Of a stretch of DNA of 64,000 nt, positions 51,672-61,996 are shown piece after piece. Below the pieces are notes generated by a model. That model ran no database searches and had not been told where the DNA came from. It was given only the letters and a program-made list of their open reading frames with translations. The position numbers and the translations under genes are program-made. The DNA is from Polyangiales bacterium (GTDB lineage Bacteria; Myxococcota_A; Polyangia; Polyangiales; Polyangiaceae). The stretch covers positions 1-64,000 of the forward strand of contig JBBRNJ010000003.1 in assembly GCA_038230375.1 (NCBI GenBank). The letters are read 5' to 3'. Each line of letters starts with the position of its first letter. The stretch's first letter is position 1.

Positions 51672-51767
51672 GGTAAGTCGGACGAAGCCGACGGACGCTT
51701 AGCAACTTTGCGACCGGGAAGCCAGGGGGCGTCGATGCCCCCTGACGTCAGGGAAGTCCGATGGATT

Positions 51768-52490
51768 TCACTGGCACTGACCGCCGTGGCAGGTCGTATT
51801 TCCGGGGCACTGCGCGTTCGAGTGACATCCCGAGACACACTCGCCCGACGTACAGATCATGCCCGAGCCGTCGTTACCGGGATTGCAGTCTCCATCCGCG
51901 TGGCAGCTCGCGCCGCCACCGCTCGAGCCGCCGCCAGAGCCGCCGCCAGAGCCGCCGCCGGAGCCGCCGCCAGAGCCGGGATCGGATGTTCCCGGGTCGG
52001 CCGAGCCATCACAAGGGCCGAGCGGAAGCGTGGTCTTCGTGACCGTGACGTTGTAGCGGCCCGGGTGCTGGCGAAGGTCGGAGTTACCGAGGCCGTCGCT
52101 GATGCCGAAGAGGTACTTCGTGACCGTGGGCGAGGAGTCCAGGACCGCGATCCCGGCGCGGGTCTCGACGAAGGTGGCAGGGCCCGCGTCGTCGGTGCGT
52201 GCCACGACGCACTTGCCGGAGGCCGTGACGAGCTTCAGGTGAACACCGCAGCCATACCGCTGCGAGGATGCGACGAAGTATTGCTGGTCGACCCGCGAGT
52301 TCTTCCCGGTGCACGCGAGCGTCTGGTAGTCGCCCGGACCGCCGAAGGTCGTGATGCCGTAGGTCGTGTGGATCGCAGTGCTCATGTTCTGCGTGTCCGC
52401 AGCGACCTCGCCGTCCCCGGTTTCGGAGGCGCCCGAGCAAGCAACGACCGCGAGAGCAAAACCAGCAACGAGGGCGGACTTGAGCATCAT
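51768..52490 (-). CDS. Lipoprotein with an RlpA/DPBB-like domain and Cys-rich tail
   Basis: VVAC lipobox; ACTG..., GCG..L.L....KCVVA...D.GP; (SGGG)n linker. Confidence 0.6.
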   Translation of the reverse strand: MMLKSALVAGFALAVVACSGASETGDGEVAADTQNMSTAIHTTYGITTFGGPGDYQTLACTGKNSRVDQQYFVASSQRYGCGVHLKLVTASGKCVVARTDDAGPATFVETRAGIAVLDSSPTVTKYLFGISDGLGNSDLRQHPGRYNVTVTKTTLPLGPCDGSADPGTSDPGSGGGSGGGSGGGSGGGSSGGGASCHADGDCNPGNDGSGMICTSGECVSGCHSNAQCPGNTTCHGGQCQ

Positions 52491-52643
52491 GGCCTACCTT
52501 GGAGCAAGGTGTGTGCCTACGTGGGCGTCGCGACATTTAGCCTAAAAACGAGGGCATTCACCTCGGTAAGGCAACGTAGCGTGGTGTCCCACCCGGGAGA
52601 CGGAGGCCAAGCGATCCACTTTCGTAAGCATGCTTACGAAACC

Positions 52644-52783
52644 GAGGTCGAGGTCCTAGGTCGAGGTCGAGGTCCTAGGTCGAGGTCGAGGTCGAGGTCC
52701 TAGGTCGAAGTCGAGGTCGAGGTCCTAGGTCGAAGTCGAGGTCGAGGTCGAGGTCCAAGTCGAAGTCGAGGTCGGCGTCGAGG
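52644..52783. repeat. Hexamer tract 4 (GTCGAG with interspersed GTCCTAG)
   Basis: Directly downstream of the valS stop. Confidence 0.9.
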
Positions 52784-52784
52784 C

Positions 52785-55622
52785 TCAGAGCTCTTCGGCC
52801 AGCTTCTTTGCGTCTTCCAGGCGCGAGCGTGCCTCCACAAATGCGGCCTGCTGGGCTCTCGCCTCCGCAACGACCTCCGGCGGCGCCCGATCCATGAAGC
52901 CCTTGTTCGCCAGCTTCTTCTCGAGCTGGCCGAGGTCCTTCTCGATTCGCTTCAGGTCTCTCTCGATGCGCGCGAGCTGCTGCTCACGCGTCACGAGGCC
53001 CTTCAGGCCAATCAGGACCTCCACTGCTCCGAGATCGCTCGGCACCACCGCCGTGGTTGCGCCCTGTGGACGTGCGGCGCCTGTCTTCTCCACGGTCGCC
53101 GCGCCCTCGATCTTCACGAGCGCAGACACGAAGGCGGCGTGCTCCGCGAGGAGTGCGCGCGTGTCGTCCGCGTCCGTGCGGATCCAGACTGGCACCTTCG
53201 AGCCCGGCGGCACCTCGTGCTCCGACCGCACCGTGCGCGCGGCGGAGATGATCGCCTTCAGGAGGTTGGTCTGGCGCGTGACGTCCGCGTCCTTCTTTGC
53301 GTCCGTTCCGACCTCCGGATAGGGACCAAAGGCAATGCTCGCCTTGCGGCCCGCGGGCTTCGGCATGCGCTGCCACAGCTCCTCCGTCACGAAGGGCATG
53401 AGCGGGTGCATCATCCGAAGCGAGGTCTCCAGCACGTGTGCCAGCACCGCGCGCGTCTCCTTCACGAGCGCCGCGTCCTGCGACTCGCGCACGATGATCT
53501 TTGCGACCTCCAGGTACCAGGAGCAGAACTCCGTCCAGAAGAAGCGGTAGACCTCGTTCGCGCACTCGTCCACGCGGAAGCCCACGATGCCGCTGTTGCT
53601 CGCCTCGATCGCGGTCGCCATCTCGCTCACGATGAAGCGGCTCCAGAAGCCCTTCGGCGCCGTGACGTCCACGCTCGCGTCATGCGTGTAGTCTGCACCC
53701 ATCAGATCCAGTGACAGACGCGTGGCGTTCCAGATCTTGTTGATGAACTGGCGGTAGCCCTCGAGCCGTTTGGGCGCGAGCGCGATGCGCTTGTTCGAAG
53801 GCGGGAAGGTGGAGAGCGTGAAGCGAAGCGCGTCCGCGCCGAACGCGGGAAAGCCAGACCCCATGGTCGCCGCAGACGGATACGCCTTCGTGAACTTGGA
53901 GAGCGCCTCCGCTTCTGGCGCGCCGGGCATGGTCTTCGCGACCATCTCCTTGAACGTGGCGCCCTGGATCAGATCCAGCGGATCGATGACGTTGCCCTTC
54001 ACCTTGCTCATCTTGTCGCCGGTCTCGTCGACGATGAGGCCGGACAGGAGCACGCGGCGGAACGGCACCTCCTTCGTGAAGTGCAGCCCGAACATGATCA
54101 TGCGCGCGACCCAGAAGAAGAGGATGTCGTAGCCGGTCTCCAGGTCGGAGAGCTGCTTCGGATTCGTGGGATAGAACTTCGCGAGCGCGTCCGTCTTCTC
54201 GGGCCAGCCGAGCGTGGCGAACGGCCAGAGCGCGGAGGAGAACCAGGTGTCGAGCACGTCCGGATCCTGCGTCCAGCCCGCGGCCTCCGTGCATTCAGGC
54301 GGGCGCGTTGCCCCGACCTTGATCTCCCCGTTCGGTCCGTGCCACGCGGGGATCTGGTGACCCCACCAGAGCTGTCGCGACACGCACCAGTCCTGGATCT
54401 CGCCAAGGAAGTGGTCGTACGTCTTCACCCACTCCTCGGGGATTACCTCCACGCGCTTCTCGTGCACCGCCTTGAGCGCAGCGTCCGCCATGTCCTTCAT
54501 GGAGAGGAACCACTGCGTGCTGATCATGGGCTCCACCACGCCGCCGGAGCGCTGGCACTTCGGGAGCGCCAGTGTGTGCGGCTTCGACCCCCGCGCGAGG
54601 CCCTTCTCGTCCAGGGCCTTCTTCACGGCGGTGCGCGCGCGCTTGCGGTCGAGCCCGGCGAACGGGCCGCCGTTCTCGTTGAGCGTCCCATCCTTGTTGA
54701 GGATGTTGATCTCTTCGAGCTTGTGCCGCTTCCCCGTCGCGAAGTCGTTGAAGTCGTGCGCCGGTGTCACTTTGACCGCGCCGGTGCCGAACTTCATGTC
54801 GACCAGGATCGAGTCGCACACGATGGGGATCTTCCGCTCCACGAACGGATGCACGAGCATCTTGCCGTGCAGATCCTTGTAGCGAGGATCGTCGGGATGT
54901 ACGGCCACGGCCGTATCGCCGATCATGGTCTCGGGACGCGTCGTGGCGACCACGATCTCGCGGTCCGAATCGCCATCTACCTTGTACGCGAACTCGAAGA
55001 GCTCGCCGTTCGCGCCCTCCTCGGTCTCGACCTCCAGATCGCTGAGCGCGGTCTGGCACTCCGGGCACCAGTTGATGAGCCGTGTCGCGCGGTACATGAG
55101 CCCCTGCTCGAAGAGCGTCACGAACGCGTGCACCACGGCGCGGTTCATGTCCGGGTCCATGGTGAACTTGGAGCGCTTCCAGTCCGGGCTCGCGCCGAGC
55201 ATGCGCTGCTGCAGGGCAATGCGTCCGCCGCTCTGCGCCTTCCATGCCCACACCTTCTCGAGGAAGGCCTCGCGTCCCAGATCGTGGCGCGTCTTGCCGT
55301 CGCGCAAGAGCTGCCTTTCCACCACGGTCTGTGTGGCGATGCCTGCGTGATCGATCCCGGGCTGCCACAGCGTGTTGTAGCCGCGCATGCGGTACCAGCG
55401 CGTGAGGACGTCCTCGAGCGTGCAGCGCTGCGCGTGACCCATGTGCAGCGAGCCCGTCACGTTGGGCGGCGGCATGGGGATCACGTATGCGGGGCGCGTG
55501 TCCTTCGGATCGTCGGAGGCCTCGAAGACCCCTGATTTCTCCCAGAAATCGTACCACCGTGACTCCACGGCGCTGGGATCGTAGGGCTTCTCGAGGTCCG
55601 GTCGCGCGTTCTCTTCGCTCAT
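52785..55622 (-). CDS. valS: Valine--tRNA ligase
   Basis: PPPNVTGSLHMGH, DHAGIATQ, GTGAVKVTPAHD, DWCVSRQLWWGH, KMSK, C-terminal coiled coil. Confidence 0.98.
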   Translation of the reverse strand: MSEENARPDLEKPYDPSAVESRWYDFWEKSGVFEASDDPKDTRPAYVIPMPPPNVTGSLHMGHAQRCTLEDVLTRWYRMRGYNTLWQPGIDHAGIATQTVVERQLLRDGKTRHDLGREAFLEKVWAWKAQSGGRIALQQRMLGASPDWKRSKFTMDPDMNRAVVHAFVTLFEQGLMYRATRLINWCPECQTALSDLEVETEEGANGELFEFAYKVDGDSDREIVVATTRPETMIGDTAVAVHPDDPRYKDLHGKMLVHPFVERKIPIVCDSILVDMKFGTGAVKVTPAHDFNDFATGKRHKLEEINILNKDGTLNENGGPFAGLDRKRARTAVKKALDEKGLARGSKPHTLALPKCQRSGGVVEPMISTQWFLSMKDMADAALKAVHEKRVEVIPEEWVKTYDHFLGEIQDWCVSRQLWWGHQIPAWHGPNGEIKVGATRPPECTEAAGWTQDPDVLDTWFSSALWPFATLGWPEKTDALAKFYPTNPKQLSDLETGYDILFFWVARMIMFGLHFTKEVPFRRVLLSGLIVDETGDKMSKVKGNVIDPLDLIQGATFKEMVAKTMPGAPEAEALSKFTKAYPSAATMGSGFPAFGADALRFTLSTFPPSNKRIALAPKRLEGYRQFINKIWNATRLSLDLMGADYTHDASVDVTAPKGFWSRFIVSEMATAIEASNSGIVGFRVDECANEVYRFFWTEFCSWYLEVAKIIVRESQDAALVKETRAVLAHVLETSLRMMHPLMPFVTEELWQRMPKPAGRKASIAFGPYPEVGTDAKKDADVTRQTNLLKAIISAARTVRSEHEVPPGSKVPVWIRTDADDTRALLAEHAAFVSALVKIEGAATVEKTGAARPQGATTAVVPSDLGAVEVLIGLKGLVTREQQLARIERDLKRIEKDLGQLEKKLANKGFMDRAPPEVVAEARAQQAAFVEARSRLEDAKKLAEEL

Positions 55623-55643
55623 CGCGCGGGTGTTTATACCACC

Positions 55644-56762
55644 TTACTTCCCGGCGGGGCAGGTGCCGGGGAGTCCGCTCACCCACTGCCGAAGCAGCGT
55701 CGCCGCTTCGTGGTGGATGGTGCTGCGACCAATCTCTGGCATCGCGATGCTCGCCTCCGTGGCCTCGACCCTGTGGATGAGGATCGACTCGTCGGGCTTG
55801 CCGGGCACCACGTCGAACGAGTTCGTGGTGCTCGCGCGACCCGCAGCGACCGGCGCCTTGCAGATGCCGAGCCGAAGCGGATCCGTCTCTGTGAACGCAA
55901 GGAAGAGCCCGGTGGTGCGCGCCTCGCCGTGCTCGCTGTGGCAGTACGCGCAGTTCGCGTCCAGGTAGGCGCGCGCGCGTGAAGACACGTCACCCGTGTT
56001 CGGATCGTTCCACGTGGGGAGCGGCGTGGGCATGGCCGCTACACCGGTGAGGATGCCCTGGGTCTGCCAGTGCGTGAGCTGCGACTCGGGCCCGTGGCCG
56101 TAGTCCATGCTGCCGGTGAGCTGATCGGCGCGCGTGCCGATGGGAAGCAGCTTCACGGGCTCCTGGCCGTGGCACTTCGGACACTGCGTGGTGCTCGGCA
56201 CCAGGTAGGTCGCGTGCTGCTTCATGCCGTCGGTGCCGGTGATGTCGAGCGGGATGACCTTGCCGCCGGGCTGGTTCGTCGCCTCGGTCTGCGCGTCGTT
56301 CCACAGGTACGAAGACGCGAGCCAGCCTGTTTCACCGCGAGCAAGGATGCGCGTCTCGACCCAGCGGACAGCGCCGTCGGGCGCCGCGGGATCGATCGGG
56401 AAGCCGAACGACTTGGTGATGATCGTGCCCTTCGGCAGATCGAGCTCACCTGTGGCCGAGTAAGGCGCGCTCTGTCCCGGTGGCGTCCAGACGGTGCGGT
56501 ACTTCACCGCGTAGTCCGAGAAGAGCGGCGTTGCGAGGGTGTACGGGACCACGCGCTCGGACAGCGGGCGAACCTGGCCGTTCTCGATGTCCACCATGCA
56601 GTAGTCCGACAGCGAGTCGTAGAGCCCATTCACGTACGAGCCATCCGCGCCGGGCGTGCACGTGGCGCTCGTCGTGGTGGTGCTGTTCGATTTCGAGGAG
56701 CAGGAGAGCGCGAGCACGGCGGACGCGAGCAGCGCGAAGGAGAATGCGATGCGCGCGCTCAT
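55644..56762 (-). CDS. SO2930-family diheme cytochrome c lipoprotein
   Basis: PLFSDYA.K.R, CPKCH and CAYCH, VVPG.P..S.L, MPEIGR. Confidence 0.85.
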   Translation of the reverse strand: MSARIAFSFALLASAVLALSCSSKSNSTTTTSATCTPGADGSYVNGLYDSLSDYCMVDIENGQVRPLSERVVPYTLATPLFSDYAVKYRTVWTPPGQSAPYSATGELDLPKGTIITKSFGFPIDPAAPDGAVRWVETRILARGETGWLASSYLWNDAQTEATNQPGGKVIPLDITGTDGMKQHATYLVPSTTQCPKCHGQEPVKLLPIGTRADQLTGSMDYGHGPESQLTHWQTQGILTGVAAMPTPLPTWNDPNTGDVSSRARAYLDANCAYCHSEHGEARTTGLFLAFTETDPLRLGICKAPVAAGRASTTNSFDVVPGKPDESILIHRVEATEASIAMPEIGRSTIHHEAATLLRQWVSGLPGTCPAGK

Positions 56763-58072
56763 GGCGTGAGCCCCGGGAAGGAGACGGCGGGCAGCTGTGG
56801 GAGTGTGCAATCGAGCTCCGGTGGATCGACCTTCATCACCGCGTAGAGCGCCGGCAGCTTCGGGTCCAGCATGTCAATGTGGAGGTTCACGGTGTGCGAG
56901 CCCGGTTGGTGCACGCAGATCTTCATCGGGTTTGGGGCCATCCCCTTCATGGGGTCCGTGATGCCGTCGTAGAGGACGTCGGAGATGTGCTTGTCGGGGA
57001 ACGCATCGATCGCCGTGGAGAGCAGGTTTCCCAGGTCTCGCGTCTTGTCCGGCATGGTGCCGCCGCCCACGAACGTGTTGTCGTGGACGTACACGCTCGC
57101 GGGGTACGGGTAGTAGATGGGGTCGTTGATGGCGATCTGCGTGATGAGGTAGCTGATCACCGACATGTTCGCGGTGTTGTTGTTCGTGAACGTGTTGCCG
57201 AAGATCTCCACGTCGTGATTGGCCATCACGAACGACCCGATGCCTGCTGGCACCACGCCCACGATGTTGCCCGTGGGCGCGAAGTTCGCCGTGTTGTTGT
57301 CGTGAATCTTGTTGTCGTGCACGCGAACTCCGTGGCCGCCCAGCTGCTGAAGGTTCGGCAGATCGAAGACCAGGAGGCCGCCGGTGTTGTCGTGCGAGTC
57401 GTTCCCGTAGACGTCGGCGTTGAACGTGTTCTCGATCTCGATGCCGGCGACGTTGCCGAACGCCTCGCTCTTGCGAACGACCACGCCGTCCGACTGGCCG
57501 ATATAGAGACCACTGTCGGAGGCGCCGCTTGCAGTGCACGCCTCGATGAGGACGTTCTTGCACTGAACGGGGTAGAGGCCGTACGCGCCGTGCAGGGTGG
57601 GGTTCGTTCCGGTCCACGTGGCCCGGACGTCGCGGAAGATGACGCCCGTGCTGCCCAGCACCTTGATGCCGTTGCCCTTCGTGTCGCGCACGGTGAAGCC
57701 CTCGAGGCGAATGTTCTTGAGGCCCTCCGCGAAGACGCCCTCGCTTCCGATGAGCTGACCCTTGAAATCGAAGATCGTCTTGTCCTTGCCCGCCCCCACG
57801 ATGGAGACGTTGTCGTTCGGGACGACGAGCTCGTTCGTGAACGCGTACGTCCCCGCCGCGATCTGGATGGTCTCACCGGCCGTCGCGGTGGCGAACACGT
57901 TAGCGATGCGGTCCTCGTTGTCGCCAGCAACGATGTTGATCGTGCAGGGCGTGCCGCCCGGGCAGCCGAGCGGCGTTGACGTAGGGTGCGTCACGGTTGG
58001 AGAAGGCGAAGACGAGGAAGAAGAACAACCCCCGATCACGAGAGCGAGAGCAGAGGCGCAGAGGTACTTCAT
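56759..58072 (-). CDS. Parallel beta-helix repeat lipoprotein (usual SO2930 partner)
   Basis: GAYGLYPVQC.NVLIE, GASDSG.Y.GQS, NVAGIEIEN, NTGG.LVF.LP. Confidence 0.88.
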   Translation of the reverse strand: MKYLCASALALVIGGCSSSSSSPSPTVTHPTSTPLGCPGGTPCTINIVAGDNEDRIANVFATATAGETIQIAAGTYAFTNELVVPNDNVSIVGAGKDKTIFDFKGQLIGSEGVFAEGLKNIRLEGFTVRDTKGNGIKVLGSTGVIFRDVRATWTGTNPTLHGAYGLYPVQCKNVLIEACTASGASDSGLYIGQSDGVVVRKSEAFGNVAGIEIENTFNADVYGNDSHDNTGGLLVFDLPNLQQLGGHGVRVHDNKIHDNNTANFAPTGNIVGVVPAGIGSFVMANHDVEIFGNTFTNNNTANMSVISYLITQIAINDPIYYPYPASVYVHDNTFVGGGTMPDKTRDLGNLLSTAIDAFPDKHISDVLYDGITDPMKGMAPNPMKICVHQPGSHTVNLHIDMLDPKLPALYAVMKVDPPELDCTLPQLPAVSFPGLTP

Positions 58073-58087
58073 CGTCCGGGCACTCTA

Positions 58088-58184
58088 GTCGAAGTCGAGG
58101 TCAAGGTCGAAGTCGAGGTCAAGGTCGAGGTCGAGGTCGAGGTCGAGGTCGAGGTCGAGGTCGAAGTCGAAGTCGAAGTCGACG
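58088..58184. repeat. Hexamer tract 5 (GTCGAG/GTCGAA)
   Basis: Fills almost the whole intergenic gap after the PilZ-gene stop. Confidence 0.9.
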
Positions 58185-58185
58185 T

Positions 58186-59394
58186 CTACGGTCGGGACGC
58201 TTCGTCCGACTCTCTCGCCAGGTCCAGTAACAGCGCCGTCACGCTCATCCCGACCTTGTCGGCTCGCTCTACCGGACCGACCTCGAACTCGAATGAGCCA
58301 ACCTCCCACCGGAACACGCGGGACGCGGCGTCGCGCGGCGTGGCCTCGTTCGCCAGGCGCGGCTCGATGTCCACGATGGCGCCGTCGCGCACGAAGATGC
58401 GTGCAGCATGCACGAAGCTGTGCATGATCAGCACGCCGGTCATCTTCTGCATCTCGAACAACGCGAAGAGCGCCGGCAGTCTCACGCGATCCAGCTGGCC
58501 GGAGAGGTGCTGCGGCCTGGGCGCGGGCGCAGCGCCGGGGTGTCGGGGCTCGATCAGCGCGGAGAACAGCTGCTCCAGCGTCCGCCCCACGAAGTCGTCG
58601 TCGGTGTGCTCCACGTGCGCGGGCGCAGCGGCGACGAGGTTCCCGGAGGGCGTGCGTGCCTCTGGCGGCGGCGCGTTGGGATTCACTGCGGGCATCGCGA
58701 GCGATGACGAGCGCATCAGCGGCGCGCCCCTCTCGTCGTGGACCTCCACCTCGATCTGGTAGCGCGGCTTGTCTCCCGTCGCGGGTGACTCGGCCACGCT
58801 GACAGCGCGCCCCTTGAGCTTCACCGAGTGCGTCATGCCGGGCGCGGACACCTCCACGCGCACCTGGTCGCCTGGCTTGAACGGCATCGTCGTCTCGAGC
58901 AACATCGAGCGCACGCTGAGCCGATCGAGCGTCGCATCTGCCCCCGCGCCACCCTCGGGCGTGGTCCACGCGTGCAGCCGTGGCTGGATGTGCGGGCCCT
59001 GGATCCCGGGCAGGTGCGCACCAAGGTCACCCATCGCGGTGCGCTTCGGCGGCGACGGGAGCTTCAGGACATAGTCGACGAACGTGCGCAGCTGCACCTC
59101 CTGCTCCACGTTCCGCGGCATGAACTGGAGGGCGACGCCGCGCACGCGACCCGCGATGTCGGCGATGTCGAGCACGCGCGCGACGATGGCCATCACCTCG
59201 ATGTTGCGCTGACCGTCCACGGAGCCCAGGTGCAGGAGCTGCAGCGACCCGACGTCACCGATGTCGCGCTCGTACTCGAAGTAGACGCCCGTCGCGCTGA
59301 TGTTGCCCGAACGCAGCGCCGGGATCTCGTCCACGCCTTGCACCGCCACGGAGAGCGGAGTCGCGACGCGCGCGCTTCGACGGGATTCCTGCAT
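58186..59394 (-). CDS. PilZ + DUF4388 (PATAN-like) protein
   Basis: RRSARV (RxxxR), NISATG (D/NxSxxG); C-terminal L.G.L....L..L.......TG.L...I....G.I...W..G.F.F. Confidence 0.75.
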   Translation of the reverse strand: MQESRRSARVATPLSVAVQGVDEIPALRSGNISATGVYFEYERDIGDVGSLQLLHLGSVDGQRNIEVMAIVARVLDIADIAGRVRGVALQFMPRNVEQEVQLRTFVDYVLKLPSPPKRTAMGDLGAHLPGIQGPHIQPRLHAWTTPEGGAGADATLDRLSVRSMLLETTMPFKPGDQVRVEVSAPGMTHSVKLKGRAVSVAESPATGDKPRYQIEVEVHDERGAPLMRSSSLAMPAVNPNAPPPEARTPSGNLVAAAPAHVEHTDDDFVGRTLEQLFSALIEPRHPGAAPAPRPQHLSGQLDRVRLPALFALFEMQKMTGVLIMHSFVHAARIFVRDGAIVDIEPRLANEATPRDAASRVFRWEVGSFEFEVGPVERADKVGMSVTALLLDLARESDEASRP

Positions 59395-59474
59395 CGTTTC
59401 CGATCTTCGCGTACACCACGCGACCGCGCAAGTTCGTCGCCTTGCATCGCGACAATCAGGGTATTTTGGGCCGC

Positions 59475-60551
59475 ATGCCGCTGAACTCCCGGAGATCGCT
59501 CGGAGACACGCTTCCTTGTTTCCTGCCCACGGAAAAGGAGCGGCTCGAGCGCGGATGGCCGCACCAGGTGATCCTGGAGGACGATAGCGCTGCCCCGCCC
59601 GAGCGGCTGGCGCTCACTGTCGCGCGCGGGAAGACGCACGTACACGGCGTGTGGCCGCGGGAGGCGCTTCATCGCTACCTTCGCCTCATGGACTGCGTGG
59701 GCTTCGAGGGCATGGCGGTGCGGGTGCTCTCCAGGAAGGCCGAAGCTGCGCTCAGGACAGCGGGTCCGCCGTCCGCGGCTGAAGCAACGGCATGGCTCGC
59801 GCGCGCGGTGCATTCGTACGTGCATCATGATCATGCGCGTGCAAGGGAGCTCGTCTTCGCGATCGAGGCGCTGATCGGCGCCGACCGGACGCTCGAGACC
59901 GTCGTACGCGGCTTCGAGGCGGCCCCGCTCACCGTGGACCGTCGCGGCGCGATGTTCTACCAGCCGTCGTTCAAATTCGGGATCGCGACGGCGCTCCCAT
60001 TCGTCATGCTTCGCGCTTCCAGGAAGGTCGCGAAGGCGTCCCTCCGGCGGCTCGCCGACGAGGCCAAGCGGTTCGCTGGTGCGGGCACGAAGCACGTGGA
60101 TCTGAAGTGGGTCGCCACCGCCCTCGCGATCGCGAGCGGCGGCGCGGCCGCAGTGCAGACGCACTTCGGCAAGGACATGCGTCAGGTGTTCTACCTGGAC
60201 TATTGCGCGGACGATCCCGCATGGGTGAGAGAGCGCCTCGCCGCGAACCCACGCCTGCCCTGCACGGTGCGCACGCTGTGGATCGCGGGGCCAGCGGCCA
60301 TGAGCGGGCTCTCCGCGCGCAAGTTCTCCTCACCCGACCTCATCGCGACGATGCGTGACGTCGGCATGCTCCAGTCGCCGGAGACGGTGGACTTCGCGCT
60401 CTCGCTCGTCGGAAGGAGCGCCGCCAAGGACGCGCCTTTAGCGTGGCTTGCGAGCCACGCAGCGTACGCGCGGCCGATCCTCTTGCGCGCCGCAAAAGGA
60501 AACGGCCCTCGCGCGGATGTCGCGAAGGCCGTCCTTGCTCGTCTGGGATAG
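59475..60551 (+). CDS. Hypothetical protein
   Basis: Long ORF with coding-like codon usage. Confidence 0.6.
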   Translation: MPLNSRRSLGDTLPCFLPTEKERLERGWPHQVILEDDSAAPPERLALTVARGKTHVHGVWPREALHRYLRLMDCVGFEGMAVRVLSRKAEAALRTAGPPSAAEATAWLARAVHSYVHHDHARARELVFAIEALIGADRTLETVVRGFEAAPLTVDRRGAMFYQPSFKFGIATALPFVMLRASRKVAKASLRRLADEAKRFAGAGTKHVDLKWVATALAIASGGAAAVQTHFGKDMRQVFYLDYCADDPAWVRERLAANPRLPCTVRTLWIAGPAAMSGLSARKFSSPDLIATMRDVGMLQSPETVDFALSLVGRSAAKDAPLAWLASHAAYARPILLRAAKGNGPRADVAKAVLARLG

Positions 60552-60603
60552 CCCGCCTGCAATGAGCTTCGAGCGGGGTTCATGTCAGCGACTCACCCGC
60601 GAT

Positions 60604-61903
60604 TCAGGGCGCGCTGCAGGTTCTCGTTTTTGGCGTCGTGAGGAAGACGCTCGTGTTGAACGGCGCGTCGAAGTTGTGCGTGAATGCCCCAACCACTTGC
60701 CCCGTGGAGTTGATGGCTCCAGCGTAGGTCGTGAGGGAGCTCGGCGCGTCGATGATCGTGAAGACCGCATCCTGATAGACGAACGCGTGGGTAACGAAGT
60801 CCTGGCTCTGCGTCGTGCCCGCCACCGCCGACCCGCTGATTCCGCTGATGCTCGTGGACATTGCGCCCGGGACATCGATGTTGGTGAAGACGCCGCCGCG
60901 GAGCAAGAACCCGCGATTGTTCAGTGTCTGGCCGCCCGTGTCCACGTTCAGGCTGTACCCGACGATGTCGCCGGTGCCCGAGATGTCCGTCGCACCCGTG
61001 ATGTCCGCGCCGGGAGATGGAGTGACCTGGGTCTGTACACCGTTGCGGAAGAGGAAGGCGCTCTCGCCGTACACGCCGACGATGTCGCCCGCTTCGTTCC
61101 AACCCACCGGGATGTTGTTGGCGTTGTCGAGCGCGGCGATCGTCGTGAAGGTCCCGTTTTCCCAGATGAACGGATGGATCGTGTCGTCATTGGTCCAGCC
61201 CAGGATGCGGCCATGGTCATCGATGGCCGTGAGGTAGGTGCCGTTCACGGCGCCCGGACGATCGACGGTCGTGAAGGCGCCCGCATGAAACAGGAAGCCA
61301 TGCACGACGCCGTCGTCGAGCTGGTAGAGCCCGACGATGTCGCCGTAGGTGTTGATGCCAGCTGCGCCCATGTTGATGGAGCCGGGATAGTTGATCTCCG
61401 TGAACGTGAACGACGCTGCCTGCGGCGCGCCGCAGAGGCCCGCCTGACAGGTGTCGCTGCTGGTGCAGGCGTTGTTGTCGTTGCACACTGTCCCGTCGGT
61501 CTTGGATGGCGCAACGGGGCAGGCGCCAGTGGCCGGATTGCACGTGCCGGCAACATGGCACTGGTCAGCTGCACCACAGAGGACACCCGTGCCCGCGCAG
61601 TGCGTCGCGCTGCACGTGTCGTTCGTAGTGCAGAGGTTCCCGTCGTCGCATGACGTCCCGACGGGCGCGGTGGCGTGCTGGCACCCGCGGCCGTGGACGC
61701 AACTGTCGACCGTGCACGGGTTGGCGTCGTCGCAGTTGACCTTCTTGCCGCAGCCCTTCTCGCCCGGCTCTTCGCGCTCGTTCTTGTCCTTGTCGGCGAG
61801 CGTCGTCACGCCGTCTTCCGCCGGGAGCCGCGCCACCTGAAGGCGCGCTGCACGCGCTCACCGAAGCCAGAAGGAACCCGAGCCCACACAGAAGAACCTT
61901 CAT
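60604..61903 (-). pseudogene. Secreted Cys-rich (CTxDxC) + HAF-repeat lipoprotein with a frameshift after the signal peptide
   Basis: MKVLLCGLGFLLASVSAC from ATG 61903 is out of frame with the body (60604-61836); HGFL/HPFI/HAFV repeats and CDDGN.CT..D.C repeats. Confidence 0.65.
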
Positions 61904-61996
61904 CGGAAACCTCCCCACAAAAGACTGATGCCCCCGCCCCTACCGCGGCGTCGCGGTCGGGTCAACGGGGGCACGTACGAGGCCTCGAAAGGTTTC

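Noticed and set aside
53985..54015. KMSKV instead of KMSKS in ValRS
   Set aside because: Minor variant; the catalytic Lys and HMGH motif are intact
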